From Eledone cirrhosa (lineage: Eukaryota), in NCBI GenBank assembly GCA_964016885.1, contig CAXHJY010000845.1, positions 1 through 51,182 on the forward strand: a DNA stretch of 51,182 nucleotides, written 5' to 3'. The translations under genes and the position numbers were made by a program. The notes beneath the pieces were generated by a model that had not been told where the DNA came from, searched no databases, and saw nothing but the letters and a program-made list of their open reading frames with translations. Within the stretch, counting starts at the first letter, position 1, and the number at the start of each line of letters is the position of its first letter. Below, piece by piece: positions 12,011 through 26,417 of the stretch.

Positions 12011-12013
<3 letters not shown>
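11881..12013. repeat. TA-flanked inverted repeat, ~55-bp arms
   Basis: tagtaataataataaatgtgaagactaaaatatgttattttaataaat versus atttattaaaataacagattttagtcttcacatttattattattacta. Confidence 0.9.
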
Positions 12014-12084
<71 letters not shown>

Positions 12085-13059
12085 ATGTATGTATATGTAT
12101 TTTTATATATTATATTATATCATATATTATATTGTATTATATTATATTCATATATAACTTTTTTATTATTAATCCCCGGAAATATTTCAACGCCAAAAAC
12201 ACTCTTTTTTTTTGTACCTCCCAATTCTATTTTATTTTCCTCCCTACCTACCACCCATCTAAAATCTCACCAACCCATTCAAACCCCCGCCTACTAAACC
12301 CAATATCTTACCCAACACACGTTACTACTATATAGTTTAAATTTTTTTCCTAACTTGTGTAAGGGATGAGGGTTTTATATTTTTTTGTTGTTGTCATTTA
12401 TATACAATATTACTTTTTCCTTTGACGGAATCATATAGCCTCATGGGAAATTAACAATGCATTCCCACCGTACCTCTAGTCGAACATCATTATGTTCACC
12501 ACGAAATCATCTTATAACCTCCTTCAGGTACACTCTCATGTATAATCAGAGCGCCCGTATATTCTATTAGTTGTGTTTTCTTGCTTTTCTTCTTGTTCTT
12601 ATACTTGTGCATTTCTTTCTCTCAGCTATCATTATCGAGCAGACATTTTGTAATTCTATTATTTTCTCGATTTATATTTGATGTATTCTCTTGATTTTCT
12701 TTCATTCTTACTTTTTTTAAAACTTTGTCTACCGCCCTCTTTCTTCCCTTCTCTCTTTTTACTTTCATTTCATCCTTCCTTTTATTCTTGTTTGTTTCCA
12801 CTCTTTATATTTCTGGTTGTGTTTTTTATTGCCGTTTTATTTCTAGTTTCTTTTGTTTTTCTCAATTTAAGGTCATGTGTCCTTTTATAGTATTCTTTCT
12901 TTGTTTTCATTTCTTTTTGAGTATATCGTGAAGTAGGATTCAGTTTGTTTGCTTTTTTATTATTTCATTTTAAAATCATCTTGACAGTCATTTTCCTGTT
13001 GCATTATTCCTCACCTTTCTTATACTGGTTTGTTCACGGCACAATGTCATAATAATAAT

Positions 13060-13460
13060 GATAGTGATATTAATAATTGTTTCTACTTTTGGCATAAGGC
13101 TATCAATTACCCAGTACATTACTGGTACTTTATTTTATCGACCCACGTAAGGATGAAAGGCAAAGTTAACCTCGGCGGGATTTGAACTCATACCGTAAAG
13201 GGAGTAACTATGCTAGAAAGCATGGCGTCCAAACCTCTACCGATACTGCCAATTCACCGCCCTAGTGATAGTGATATTAATAATTGTTTCTACTTTAGGC
13301 ACAAGGCCAGAATTGCCCAGTGCATTACTGGTACTTTATTTTATCGACCCCGTAAGTATGAAAGGCAAAGTCAACCTCGGCGGGATTTGAGCTCAGATCG
13401 TAAAGGGACGTAACTATGCTGGAAAGCATGGCGTCCGACTCTCTACCGATACTGCCAATT
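13060..13460 (-). mobile_element. Two tandem copies of the abundant tRNA-derived SINE
   Basis: Minus-strand A-box-like TGGCAGTATCGG, B-box GTTCAAATCC, body ...ggggtcgataaaataaagtaccag; two units ~13080-13262 and ~13285-13460. Confidence 0.9.
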
Positions 13461-14400
13461 AATAATGATGCCTCACATGGGTTCAAGGTCACACATTTAA
13501 AGAAGAAGTATATTTAATTAAATCTTCTCCCTCCCTCTAACTTATCTCAGTATTTGAGAGATACTTCAAGTTCTGCCAGATAGTATCAGTAATAGAACTA
13601 TCAACGGTTGGAGGCTTTCCAATCTTGGCTGGATTTGTAGTTTTATGCAAAACATTTGGTTTGGGGCTCTACCGTTTCTGCCAACTACTGTAAATATATC
13701 AATAAGGAAATATTGTTGTTGGTGGTTTTGTGCTTGTTGCCCAGCCCCAGATTAAGCAGACCCGATCGAAGCCTTCAAACCTTCTCCTTTAGTTTTTTAG
13801 GAAGGTGAAATTGTCTAATATGTCTCGTCTTAGAATAAGATGGTAATTTGAGGGAATTTCAGTTACCATTTTTAACTGGGCGTGCGATGACGCAAAGGTT
13901 CACAAGCTTAGCTTGTAAGGAATTATTTGATATTGTATAGATATAGCTGAGTTTACATCAATCTAAAATTGATCTTCACCGTACCGATAGTAAGCAGATG
14001 AATAAATAACAAAGATGGGCCTCAAGCACAGCACATTTCGATAGTCCCAATAACATATGCACTGACGATGTAAAGTGCAAAGAACGTAAACTGAGAAGCA
14101 TACTGCTTTTAGTTTAACGTTTTAATGTTTCCGCAAAATTTGTTATAATCATTATGATAAACGTATGTATATATGTACACACGCGCGCCAACAGCAACGC
14201 CCACACACACACATGTATACTCGCGCGTACGTACAACGTGAGATATGCGATGCGTGTTTAAGTTATTTACACTGAAAAGAATATATTTCATAATAAAAAA
14301 AAGATAGTTTGCTCCCACTTTCATACGAAGTAAATAATAAGTAAACGTATATAATCATTTAATTCAAACAAAAAAAAGACAACTATAAAATTAACAAGTC

Positions 14401-15938
14401 TCACTATATATAAAAAAAACTTAAAAACCAGTCGACCAATCATGTTCAATCTTGGCATACATGTTCCTTAGACTCAGGAATAGGGTTTAGCCACACTTGT
14501 ACCTATATTCATTTGCTTATATGTGTGTTTGTCTGTTTATCAACCTGAGGTAATGGTTTTCATCGTGAGTTGTCGTATTCACTAAGACGAAATGTGACAG
14601 AAAATAGAGACAATGAAGAAGTGAGAATTTGAGAGAAGGCACGTGTGAAACTAAATAGAGTGCTGAAAGCCAAAGATAGAACTAAGCAATTAGGTTAGGA
14701 ATGCATCAACGAAGAGAGAAAGAAACAGAGATAAAAAGGCGAAGAAAGTGAGCGAAACGCGTTCAACATATTAGCAGAGACTAAAGCAACCAACAAACGT
14801 TTGTTACAGTATTGAACGTTCCCGTCTTTCTCCTGCATGAAAGGAGGCACGACTAAAACAAATGAGCGACACACATTCAATCAACATAAAACAACAACAC
14901 ACGCTTGCTTTGATACCAACATCTTCTCTCTCCTCTGTTAGATGCAGAACATGTTATCATCCACTCTTATAACTCTCCTGTGTGTCTATATATATCATGT
15001 CTACATAATATTTAGCCGGAGAACATAAATGACCTCCATACAGTTTGAGGGCATTGTGCTTGTATTTTAATGCATGCTAAGTGAAAAAAAATGTGTGTAA
15101 GTCATTTTTGTAGTTGGTGGCTGCCGTGACACTATTGATGTTTCACTGTTACCATGACTACTAACGTTATTTTTCCAAGCTCAAATAAGTTTGAAAGCAG
15201 AGGTCACAAAGCCGAGTTCAAGCATGATCCTGTCAACAAAATCCTCATGCGGCTTAATTGATCTGGATGCGGTCCGTCCTCTTGGAGTGTAAAACGTCAA
15301 GGTCCGAATCACTTGCGTGAGGGGCGTTTCTTCTAAGAAGACATTTGTTGTCCAGCTCTCCTGAGAGTTTCTTACCAATATCCTTTTCACATATTTCCCG
15401 TGTGTATGTTTGTCCAAATTCTGGTGCGAAACAATGGAAAGGTGATTCAACTGAATTATGCTGTGTAAATGGATACGTTAAGATTAAACTATTACCTATA
15501 CCATCAGAAATCTTAATGGAACTTCTGACTGGTACAACTACTGGATTAATACACTTTCTTCAAAATAGGCAGAAGTAAAATAATGTATTCGAAATGACAT
15601 AATTTGGTGTATTCGAAATGACATAATTTGGTCCATGAAGGAGGATTTATATCCACTTTCAACATCCAACGGCAAGTGTACCATAGAATTATACAACTTC
15701 AGCCACTTTCAGAAGAAGAACCAAAATGTTTGCAACTGTATGTCATCATTGATATGTAAACACAAGCACAGACAAGATATGAAAGGAATAAAGAAAGAAC
15801 ATTTGAAATCATATTGCCTCTACAACACATTTACAGAAAAGAAAGAGCTATATTAGAGGTTTTCAATATACCCTAAAAAATGTTGAATGAAAATCATTAT
15901 TTCTTTTAACCTGGGTAACTCTAGATACTTCAGCTAGT
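14401..15938 (+). mobile_element. Internally deleted Helitron
   Basis: Candidate 5' TC-actatatataaaa; RepHel N-terminal remnant; 3' end ctgggtaactctagatacttcagCTAG|T at 15934-15938; 5' boundary uncertain. Confidence 0.7.
15395..15860 (+). pseudogene. Helitron RepHel N-terminal (Zn-finger-like) fragment
   Basis: VCPNSGAKQWKGDSTELCCVNGYVK...HFLQNRQK*NNVFEMT*FG...EGGFISTFNIQRQVYHRI..L.P..EEEPKCLQLY matches the Helitron CC..GKV / NIRKYNNAFQMTSFG / IQGQVYHRIG pattern; 24-bp tandem duplication near 15584-15631. Confidence 0.82.
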
Positions 15939-15982
15939 ATGTGTGTGTGTGTAGATATATATATATATATATGTATGTGTTG

Positions 15983-15984
<2 letters not shown>

Positions 15985-16053
<69 letters not shown>
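15985..16053. repeat. (GA)n microsatellite
   Basis: Direct reading. Confidence 0.97.
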
Positions 16054-16059
<6 letters not shown>

Positions 16060-16403
16060 GATTAGATCATATTTTAAGAAGTCCCCCCTCAAAAAACATG
16101 TTCGCCCTAACTATATAAATATATACATAGAAACATATTTAATTATATAACATGTGTAGTGGCGATAAGCATATGTGGATATAATTTAAAATGCATTAAA
16201 GTAAACTAGTTAAAGGTTTGTTTCAGAGGCAACATTGTTGATTCAACTGACAACATAACGGAGTAGGTCTTAGGTTAGCACTCAGAAAATGTGTGCGGGG
16301 GAATGAATAGATAAATATATTTTCCTTTATATGATCTGTTAATCTTTAATTCAGATGGTCAATACACACACACACACACACACACAGACGCACATATATA
16401 TAC

Positions 16404-16466
16404 ATATAAAATTGCAAGATTGAAGAATTATTAGATAAACTATATACAGTCTTTCCTCTCCCTCGT
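16404..16466. repeat. Left arm of a ~63-bp inverted repeat (partner 19311-19373)
   Basis: atataaaattgcaagattgaagaattattagataaactatatacagtctttcctctccctcgt is the reverse complement of 19311-19373 with ~3 mismatches. Confidence 0.92.
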
Positions 16467-16484
16467 TTAAATGATCTTATTTAT

Positions 16485-19281
16485 TGTATAAAGCAATATA
16501 ATTTCTTTGTGATGAAAGAATGGTATTTAACTAATGTATTGGTACGCGATGGAGCCCACACGCAGCCCCGGCGGACAGAATGGAGAAGGCGTTTCCCCGG
16601 AGGACGGTAAGGGAGACGCGCTGGAAAAGCCACTCCAACACGCGGGACTCACACCTCACACCTTGATTTGAGTAAGGATGTAGCCCTGGGGCCGAGGACA
16701 CCAGAAGTTTCCACTGCCAGGGGAACGACCGCAAACCTCTCGGAGAGCGACCGGTATTTGAGGAATTTGGCCCTCTCAGCCCGACGTTCAGCAGAACCTG
16801 GGTCAGTCGCAGACTGCACCAGGTTGCGGCTGCAGATAGTGTCGGCGCAAGTGGCATCCCAGACGAGGGGTTTGCCACCCGGAACGGGAAGATGGTCTTG
16901 CCATCTGGCCTTTTGCCGTCCCCTCGATCCAACCCCCCGGCTCGAGCTGGGAAGGGAAGCCTGCAGCGTCCAAGCCACGCTTAATGACCTCGTTGAGGGG
17001 AGTATAGCGTGGAATGCGGCCGGCACTGTGGCGACAGGAAAGCGGGTGGAGGCCGAAAGAGTCCACAGTGGTACCGCAACGACATTGGTGTGGCTGGCAG
17101 ATCCGGAGGCCGAGCCTCAGGGAAACGCCAATTCACAGGCTATGGTTGTCTAGTTGCGTGCCAGTGGAGAAGGAGGGCAGAGCATGGAGCCAGGCACCAC
17201 TGTGGGGTTTGAAGGCCGCACGAAAACAAGCAAGGCGGTGCTGGTCGAGCTGGCGCGTGAGCCTGTCTGAAGCCAGGCTGCACTGGATGGCATCCCAAGT
17301 GCGTTGGGGGGACTTGACGTTAACAGGGGGAGAAGGAGGAGGGACGCCTACTGGGCTATGTCCCAGCCGGTCCCACGTATCACAGGCGGCGTCACGTTCT
17401 CTGAACACAGATGGTTCTGTTGTGTTTTGAAGAACCCGGCTGACGAGGACGTGGCACGAGGTTACCGACGAAAGATACGCCGGCAAAGCTAGTGAGATCG
17501 GGTACCGGAGGCCTAGGCCACCATACTTGACCGGTAAAGTGGCCTGTTGCCACCCTATGTCGTCAAACTTTGTATACCCCATGGGCTGCTGCTCGGATAC
17601 AAGTATAGAGGTCAGCGAGGAGAGATGTCTGTGTGTAGCTTGGAGAGCTGCGGAGTGTAAAAAGGAGCTTCGGCATGGCGAAGCAGTTCCTCAGCAGAAA
17701 GAGAGCTGGGTGGCCGTAAATCAAGCCCAGTCGGCTCGTGAGAGTCTGGAGCTGTTGAAGCCTGGACCTGATGGTGGAGCGGATGGCTGGCGGGTGGATC
17801 GGTGACCCGAGGATGAGGACATCCACTTTGGGGGTCACCTGAACCTGACGGAGAAAGGAACGCACGTCCAAGACGGAGGCTTCAAAGCTCACAACTTCGA
17901 GGCTGACGTTCACCACCTCCGACTTGGCCGAGTTAACCTGGAGGCCGATTCCCGCCAGGGCAGGAATCACCGATTGAAGGTCTTGGCAGACCGTCCGTAC
18001 GGGCCCGCCCAACGTAGCATCATCCAGATACCAAACGTTGAGAGGGGCCGTGATACTCCAGGCGATATGGTCAATACCAAGGGCGAACAGGAGGGGTCCC
18101 AAAGGGTCGGCCTGTTGGACCGCAGTAGCCGAGGGTATGACCGTATCAGCAGCTAGGAGCATGCTCGGGGCTGCATATGACAGGTAGGCCAGCGGGTAGG
18201 CAGAGGGGGCTCGGCTGAGGCAGGCCTCGAGCAGATGATCGCGGCGTAAAGAGTTAAAGGCATTCCTCATGTCAAGCTTGACAATGAGATGCCTGGAGTC
18301 CCTGGATGCTGGTACCGATGGGCTGCTGCTGAAGAACTGCCTGATTGCATGAGAGGCTCCCTCACAGCCACCGGACACGCCGACACCCAGTTGCACCGGA
18401 CTAAACTCCTGACCCAGTTCGTGTGTGACGGACTTGCAGATTACCTTGGCAGCCAGCCTCCGGAAGACATTGCCTACAGCAATTGGGCGTAGGCCACCCT
18501 CTTTCTTCCTGAGAACGGTGAGGCTGGCCGAAAAAAAGAGGCCTCGGGCGTAAGGGTCGAGGGCACCATGAATGAACCTATTGGTGAGCGCCACGATTGC
18601 ACTCAGAAGGCGGCGCCCGGCCTCAGCGGAGAGGGGGGATGTCAACTCTTTGAGGTGGCCTGGTCGGAGACCATCAACACCTCCGCAGCTGCTAGCTGGG
18701 AAGGACCTGCTGGCGGACATGATATCTGCATCAGTAGCCACAAGGAGCAGGTGGCGGTCGGGTGGGGGTATGGGTCTCAGATCAGTGGGTGGCTCAGGGT
18801 GTTTGAGCCGCAGAGCAGCCAGGATATCCTCGGTGGGTTGGAGGACAGTGTCCTCTGAGGCAACAATTCTGACTGTGGCCGAGACATCACTCATAATAAG
18901 CTCGGGTTTACCTGGTCCCGCAAACGCTTGGCGCTGGCCTTGGGGGTAGAGGATTGGGGGTACCTGAGGGTGGGGTGTGTGGCGTCCCTGGGTACGCTTG
19001 GAATGGGCGCTCGCCCAAATGACGAGATATTGGCCTTGACGAAGGCTGCTGTTGACCGGCCGCCCCGGTCAGCGCCAGAGCTGGGGAGGTCGAGTGCGAG
19101 TGGGGCGAAATACAACAGCCGCTCCAAGTCACTGGCTCGATTGGAGTTCAGGTCGCTCTCAATCGAGAAAGCGAGGGCATCGGCTACCGGCACCCGGTAG
19201 GGGTTGTTCTCAGCGGAAAGACCCAGAATTCAGCACGCACACATGCGAGCAACTCAGCAGTTTGTCAAAGACGATATTCTC
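16485..19281 (-). mobile_element. CRE-like non-LTR retrotransposon (RT, Zn knuckle, restriction-like endonuclease), frameshifted, probably 5'-truncated
   Basis: GC-rich block; candidate TSD atgatcttatttat (16471-16484) / atgattatttat (19282-19293); domains listed under the pseudogene. Confidence 0.88.
16531..19193 (-). pseudogene. RT-RLE polyprotein of CRE-like element
   Basis: RT ORF 17563-18894: GGVDGLRP, LRPIAVGNVFRRLAAK, QLGVGVSGGCE, KLDMRNAFNS, VQQADPLGPLLF, WYLDD; then QATLPVKYGGLGLR, SGAWLHALP, C-x-C...HPLSC, RPDG, VWDATCADT, VPLAVETSGVLGP, LFQRVSLTVLRGNA in shifted frames. Confidence 0.9.
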
Positions 19282-19310
19282 ATGATTATTTATCTGGTTA
19301 ATTTCTACGG

Positions 19311-19445
19311 ACGAGGGAAAGGAAAGACTGTATATATTTTATCTAATAATTCTTCAAACTTGCAATTTTATATATAGCTCTGATTAATAATTATTTGCTT
19401 AATTATTTCTTTCATTGAGCCCCAACGTGAAAGGTAGCCACACTC
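19311..19445 (+). repeat. Right inverted arm plus tail, possibly a decayed HHR-bearing PLE end
   Basis: cGGACGA-gggaa...ttcttc-AAAC-TTGCAA-TT resembles CTGACGA...GAAAC with palindromic stem III; tail ends in TA-rich sequence. Confidence 0.5.
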
Positions 19446-19683
19446 ATATATGTATCTGTGACTATGTCTAAATATATGTCTAAATATATACGTATATCCC
19501 TATGAATTTTTATATATATATATGTGGGGGGGGGGATCTGTGTGGGTGTGTGAATCTGTGTGGGTGTGTGAATCTGTGTGGGTGTGTGAAACGTCGGCCA
19601 ATGTCAGATTAAAAAAATGCACAAATCATAGACGATTGTATCAAGTCAGTATATTTAAATATACATACACCATATACGTATGT

Positions 19684-19719
<36 letters not shown>

Positions 19720-20221
19720 CATAAAGATGCTTCTTTCTTTTATTTCATATATTAATACCTTATATACGACGAATTAGGATAATCATATTTGTTTTAATGC
19801 TTTTTATCCATATGAGCACCTTATGTACCTATATGACCCTAACTTAATTGGCTAAAATCTGCGTTTTAATAGGCTGTTAATCGGTGCAAGTTCTGGGATT
19901 AGGATAATTGTCGATATGATATTAGTGGGCTCAACATATAAGGGCAATTCATACAATATTTCCGTTATTGAAGGATAACTAAACTGGTAAAAATTACCTA
20001 TAGAAAAAAAATCATACCTTACTTTTCCCTTGTTGTATTGGGACCATCATATTTTGTTGTGTAAAGACACCAAAGCACACACAGACACACACACGTATAT
20101 ATATATCACCTTGATCACCTTGACCGACCAGTCTGTCGGGCGCCATGCGGCGCCGCTAGACACAGCACGTGCTGTTTTAGCCATACGATGACGCTATCCC
20201 ACTGGCTGGGCGAGCAGGTCC

Positions 20222-20508
20222 TAAGTCTAAAGTCTGTCTTAAGCCAGAAGGCTCATTTGGCCAGTGCTTATCCCGGTTTCATGGCGACTGAGAGTACAAT
20301 ACTCCCCCCTCCCCCCTGGACAGGACGCCAGTGCATCGCAGGGTTAAACCTCCAGCTATTGCTGGTACTCATTTTCAGCTGAGTAAACTGGAGCAACGTG
20401 AAATGAAGTGTCTTGCTCAAGGAAACAACACATCACGAGGTACGAGAATTGAACTGACAACCTTTCGATTGCAAGCCTATGGTCTAACCACTAAGCCATG
20501 CGCCTTCA
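20222..20508 (-). mobile_element. Full-length tRNA-derived SINE with V-SINE-like central domain
   Basis: A-box TGGCTTAGTGG, B-box-like GTTCAATTC, cttgagcaagacact, ccctgcgatgcactggcgtcctgtccaggg, gaaaccgggataagc, (agacttt)-like tail; superfamily from recall. Confidence 0.8.
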
Positions 20509-20602
20509 CACGTACGTATATATATATATATATATATATACGTACCATTACCAACCTCAATTTTCTCTATAACCTTCGTTTTGTGTAGAAAATTACACTT
20601 TT

Positions 20603-20645
<43 letters not shown>

Positions 20646-20825
20646 ATGTGTGTGTGTTGTGGAGAAGGAGACGGATACAGAGATGGAGGATGCAACGTCC
20701 TTTGGCTAGCTCACTCAACGAATCTAGTGAATTGCAGTTATGCAGCTGAAACCACCTGTTCAGAGTGCACATATTTAGTTTTACTGTACAGCAATGGCTG
20801 TGTTTTTAATTAGGGATAGATGTTA

Positions 20826-20856
<31 letters not shown>

Positions 20857-21377
20857 GAAAATAGAGAAATTAATGCAAGCAAGAAGCCGACAGTAATTCA
20901 GGCATATAAGTGACAATAACATCAAGATGAAAAATATTTAACGTAAGATATGGGAAAATAAATCAATCTTAATTCAAAAGAAGTCAAGAAGAAAAATGTT
21001 ATCCTCATACTTTGTGTAATCCGGGGAAAAAACTAATAGAATCTTAACTCAAAATAGAATCAAGATGAGATACTTATCAGTCAATTTGGGAAAATCTACA
21101 AATGCACTATATAGTCTTAAAAAGACTATTTCACGAAACTTTTCAGTGGGGTTAGTCACGGTTAGAGTCGTTCCTCAGTAGTGCTCATACGTTAACTAAG
21201 TGTCACTGCTAAAATATATGAGAGGGGTATTTAAATGCAGGCAAGTCAAAAATCGTGTGGAATTGAAATAATAAAAACACACGTGGAGGCCAACTAGTGA
21301 TGCCAGAATGAGACGAAAGTCTGTTTACAAGAAACAGCAGTCAAAACATTCCGAAAAAACTCTACAAAAAATATGGA

Positions 21378-21680
<303 letters not shown>

Positions 21681-22858
21681 TATGTATGTATATATAATAT
21701 ACATATATAGTATAAATATATATTTATATGCATACTTACATATACAGTTTCTCTCACTCACTCACAGATATATATGTGCGTGTTTTCCTATGTGTGTATG
21801 TCTGTGTGTGACGTGTGTGAGTATTGTGGGCGTGACTGAGTGTGTGAGTATTGTGGGTGTGACTGAGTATGTTTAGATATAGCTGTATGCACATTTTATC
21901 ATATACATATAATCATTTCTGTGTATAAGGGTATGTGTTTAGGACGTATTTCTTTTAAAAGCGACATCAATTATTTATATTTCACCATTTTCAGAGAGGC
22001 CCAGTATTGATCAGTTCACTTTCCAAAGAGAAACTAATAAAGATCATCCAAACGCCTAGCTTTCTAATATTTCTTGTTAAACGTTTGTGAGGTATTATAG
22101 GAAGAAAAATGGACATGACATCATACAAATCAATTAACCATCCTCAGCATTGTTACACACAAGACATGGGATATTTGCACTATGTACATATTATAAATAC
22201 TAGCAGACAAATCACCCACGGGTGGTTTTCTGCTAGCATGTGTAGTGTGTATATTGATATTATACACAAATATATATTCATGTAAATATGATACATGAAA
22301 TGAAATCGTAATTGACAATATACACAGAAATTGAACCAAGCCTATGTTACACTGTGTTCTGTAATCAGTAATCCATGATATATTAACAAAAAGACGACAT
22401 TATATATAAACAGCATTAGGAGAAAATTAGCGACGGAAATATATGCGATTATAAGTTTTATAATATAACGGCCGCTAACCGGAAGTGTTGATATTTGATC
22501 ATTTTAAAGAATTGAATTTTAATGATCTTTAAATAAGCTATAAAATATATTTAATCAACAGCCACGAAATTTAGCACATAAATTATGTAATATTCATTCA
22601 TTATTTATTTAAAGTTATCCAACTTATTTTGCAAACGGGGTAAAAAAATATATTCTGGGCGCAATCCCGCAGACCTTCCTTTATTATAGTTAAGATATCA
22701 CTGAAGAGATATCGCAGCAATCGAAATAACCTGTGAACCAGCATGGATATAGTCATTTTGACTTCGAAAGGAACAGATCAAATAGATGTACAGATACAAA
22801 CAAACGCATTCATATGTACAAAGGCACATATGCACGTGCGCACTCATACACACACGCA

Positions 22859-22889
<31 letters not shown>

Positions 22890-22947
22890 GTGCGCGCGTG
22901 TGTGTGTGTGTATCGAGATATAAAGATAGAAGGAGAAATAGATAGAC

Positions 22948-23008
<61 letters not shown>

Positions 23009-25226
23009 AAAGAGAGAGTGTGTGTTTGTGATTATTATAATCAGCTTGGTGGACAAGCACTCAAGTTTCCTCTAGCAACGGCTAATTAACCCAATGTGGA
23101 TGGATTAACCGTTGGCTGGGCAACACTCGAGTACCATTAAACCAAATTACTTATAATAAACACGACTCTGCTATATGCATGTGGGCATCCCATTAGTAAA
23201 TATTTATTTTATGTTTAAATCTGTACAATTATATCGTACTATGAACTTCAGTATATGTGTACGTATGTATTTTTGTGGGGGGATATTTGTGTATATGTAT
23301 AATATCAATGTATGTGTATTTGTGCAACTCTCGCACTAGAGTGATATAGGGAATATAGTGATAGGTTTCTTCTTTTAAAAACAACGATAAATGCCTAAAG
23401 GCAGATGAAATTTTTTATGTTTTTTAGCTTTCATATTAATCTACAAAAATATAGAAATCACAACTCAACTCATGTAAATTGAAACCAGCCACCGTTCTTT
23501 TAACCAGTAGTTCATTTAGACTGTGTTAAAGTTCTACAATGACACTGTGGGATACATTTTTGAGACATTAAGGTTACATCGCTCAACTTCACGATGCTGG
23601 TACTATTGATTATAAATTATACGTTTAACCGGATGCAAGGATTATTTTAAATGTTTGCACGAAACCAAAACTCCCGATTCATCTATTAGTAGGAAGAATG
23701 ATTGTACGCGTATGTGTATGTGTACGGAGAAATGGTGCTTTTAAATACACTCACAGTTACGTTTTATGTAATATTGTACATTCTATTTCTGTTAACAAAT
23801 TTAGTGTTCGATTCAATGATGCAACGAGGTTTTTTTGTTTTTTTTTGAGATGTGGAAGTGTCATTTGAGACATTATCTGTTAATCTTTCAGAGGAAATGA
23901 CGGTTACTTTCTTTAAAATAGGATACACCCTTTTAAGTTCCTTTTTGCCTTGAATTGTTGTTACTGATGTGTTGGCTGTTCTAGTTGTTAATGTTCTTTT
24001 TTTGTGTTTTTAATGTTCTACTTCTTTGTCTTCATTTTCTGGTCCTATTTTTTCTCATCCTCGTTCTCTCCTTTCAAATTTTTCTTTCAAATCTTTCCTC
24101 TACATCATCTGTTTTTGTATACTTTCGGCCTTCACATTCCTCCAAGATGAACAGGACCACTCAGCCATCCGAGGCCGATAAACTAAGTCCCCAATGCAAA
24201 AAATTGGCGTCGTTCCGGTACATATTGTTCTGTGTTCGGGAGTAATTGTACTAGTGTCTAGCTCTGTCAAAACTTGCGTAAAACTTTGAAAATCTTCTTA
24301 AGCAAGTAAAATAGTAATTTGCTGCAGTAAATTTCAATGATTTGAACTCACTGTGTAGAGATCTGCAATACATACTATACTAAAGGAATAAAAATGCATA
24401 TAGAAATCAATGCAGTTCGTAGAGTAGTTGGTAAATTTGAAGGAACTTTATTGCTTGGCTATATTTTGCTTTTTGTTTTCTTGTTTATAAATTTTCTATA
24501 TCATCAATGCTATATTTATTAGCCACCTTTCAAATTAAGAATCTAATTTACAAAATATAGAATAAAATAAAATAAATTTTAAAAAGCTTGAGGAAAAATT
24601 TTTAAAGTTGTCTACATTATTGAAAACGTTCAAGAAAAGATAAAAAAAAAAGATAAATATAAAAAACTATGGTGATGAAATAAAAAAAAACGAAATGGCA
24701 CTTAAAATTAACTTAGGATGTCACTTTCGAGTAACGTTAAGAGAAAAAAATTATTTTCACCCTGTTATCATTATTGTTGTACTTTTATCATTATTGTTTT
24801 ACATACACTCACAACACACACACACATACATACACACATACACACACACATACATGCATATATATATATGTTCATATATATACATGTAAATATATATGGA
24901 TGTGCGTGTGTCTGTGTTTGCTTAGGTATGTTTTATAAGCCAAGTTTCATTGCCACCTGGAAATAGTTTTTCTGGCACTGCTCAATCACTGAGGCTAATT
25001 AAATTGTTGTCATTCTTGCCATCCATATTCAATCTGACGTACGTTAACCCTGTTATCGTCTCTCAACGATAACTCTTCGTTCCCAATGCACATTTATACA
25101 TATATGCATGCATGCGTAAATTCATCTATATTTATATGTACGTATGTATGTTTGTATGACTGTGCATGTAAGTATGCATGTATAGAAATATGTATGTATG
25201 CATGCATGCATGTAGATATGTATGTA

Positions 25227-25278
<52 letters not shown>

Positions 25279-25654
25279 TATTCATATAATAGTCACACAT
25301 TTTTATACATGAGTACATAGATTCGAACATAAATAAAGCCATGCATGCCAACATACGCGCATACATATATTGCATGCAATTATATATGCATTCATTCATG
25401 CATATGCACGTACATACATACTCACAAACTTCAGTACATACATATAAATATATTATATACAAGCACGTAAACATATATGTATTTATACATATATCCCTAC
25501 CCTTATAAATGTATATATATATATTTATATATTTATAGATCCATCCATCCTAACGTACATATATACACACATACAAACATACATACAAACATACATACAT
25601 ACATACAATCATCATAGATGCATATGTTCACTTACCTATATCTATATATATATG

Positions 25655-25766
<112 letters not shown>

Positions 25767-25874
25767 ATGAATGTGGCATATATAGATTTTTATATGTGGC
25801 ATATATATACATTTATATATACACATATGTATGTAAATAAATATATCCATATGTGATGATTGTATGCATGTGTG

Positions 25875-25913
<39 letters not shown>

Positions 25914-26242
25914 GTGCAAGCATGCATACATATATAGAGGAACATGTTCACAAATGTACATACACGTATGTGTGCATTGTCTGTGATTGTGCTTGTCTGT
26001 GTGGGTTTATGAGTGTATAGGTTTGTGTGACGCATCTATCTCTACCACCCTTCACCAATATCCTTGACTTCTCTGACTCCGGCCTTACCTAATTAGCATT
26101 CCATATCTTTACAATACAAAATGCAAATTTAAAACGTCTGCTGAAAAGATTGAAAGATTAAGCAGTGTATGCCAGATGAACAAGATTTCTTTTCATAATT
26201 TGTGCAGAAGAAAGCGGAAGAAATTATTGCAGAATATGATAA

Positions 26243-26417
<175 letters not shown>

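Noticed and set aside
16668-19285. Plus-strand ORFs over the CRE-like element
   Set aside because: Antisense shadows of a GC-rich RT gene
19537-19600. GAAACGTC after a 3x 18-bp tandem repeat as a hammerhead
   Set aside because: No CUGANGA box or stem II
22470-22490. ETS-like ACCGGAAGTG promoter motif
   Set aside because: Single motif with no gene context
23077-23115. Short hairpin as pre-miRNA
   Set aside because: Stem too short and imperfect
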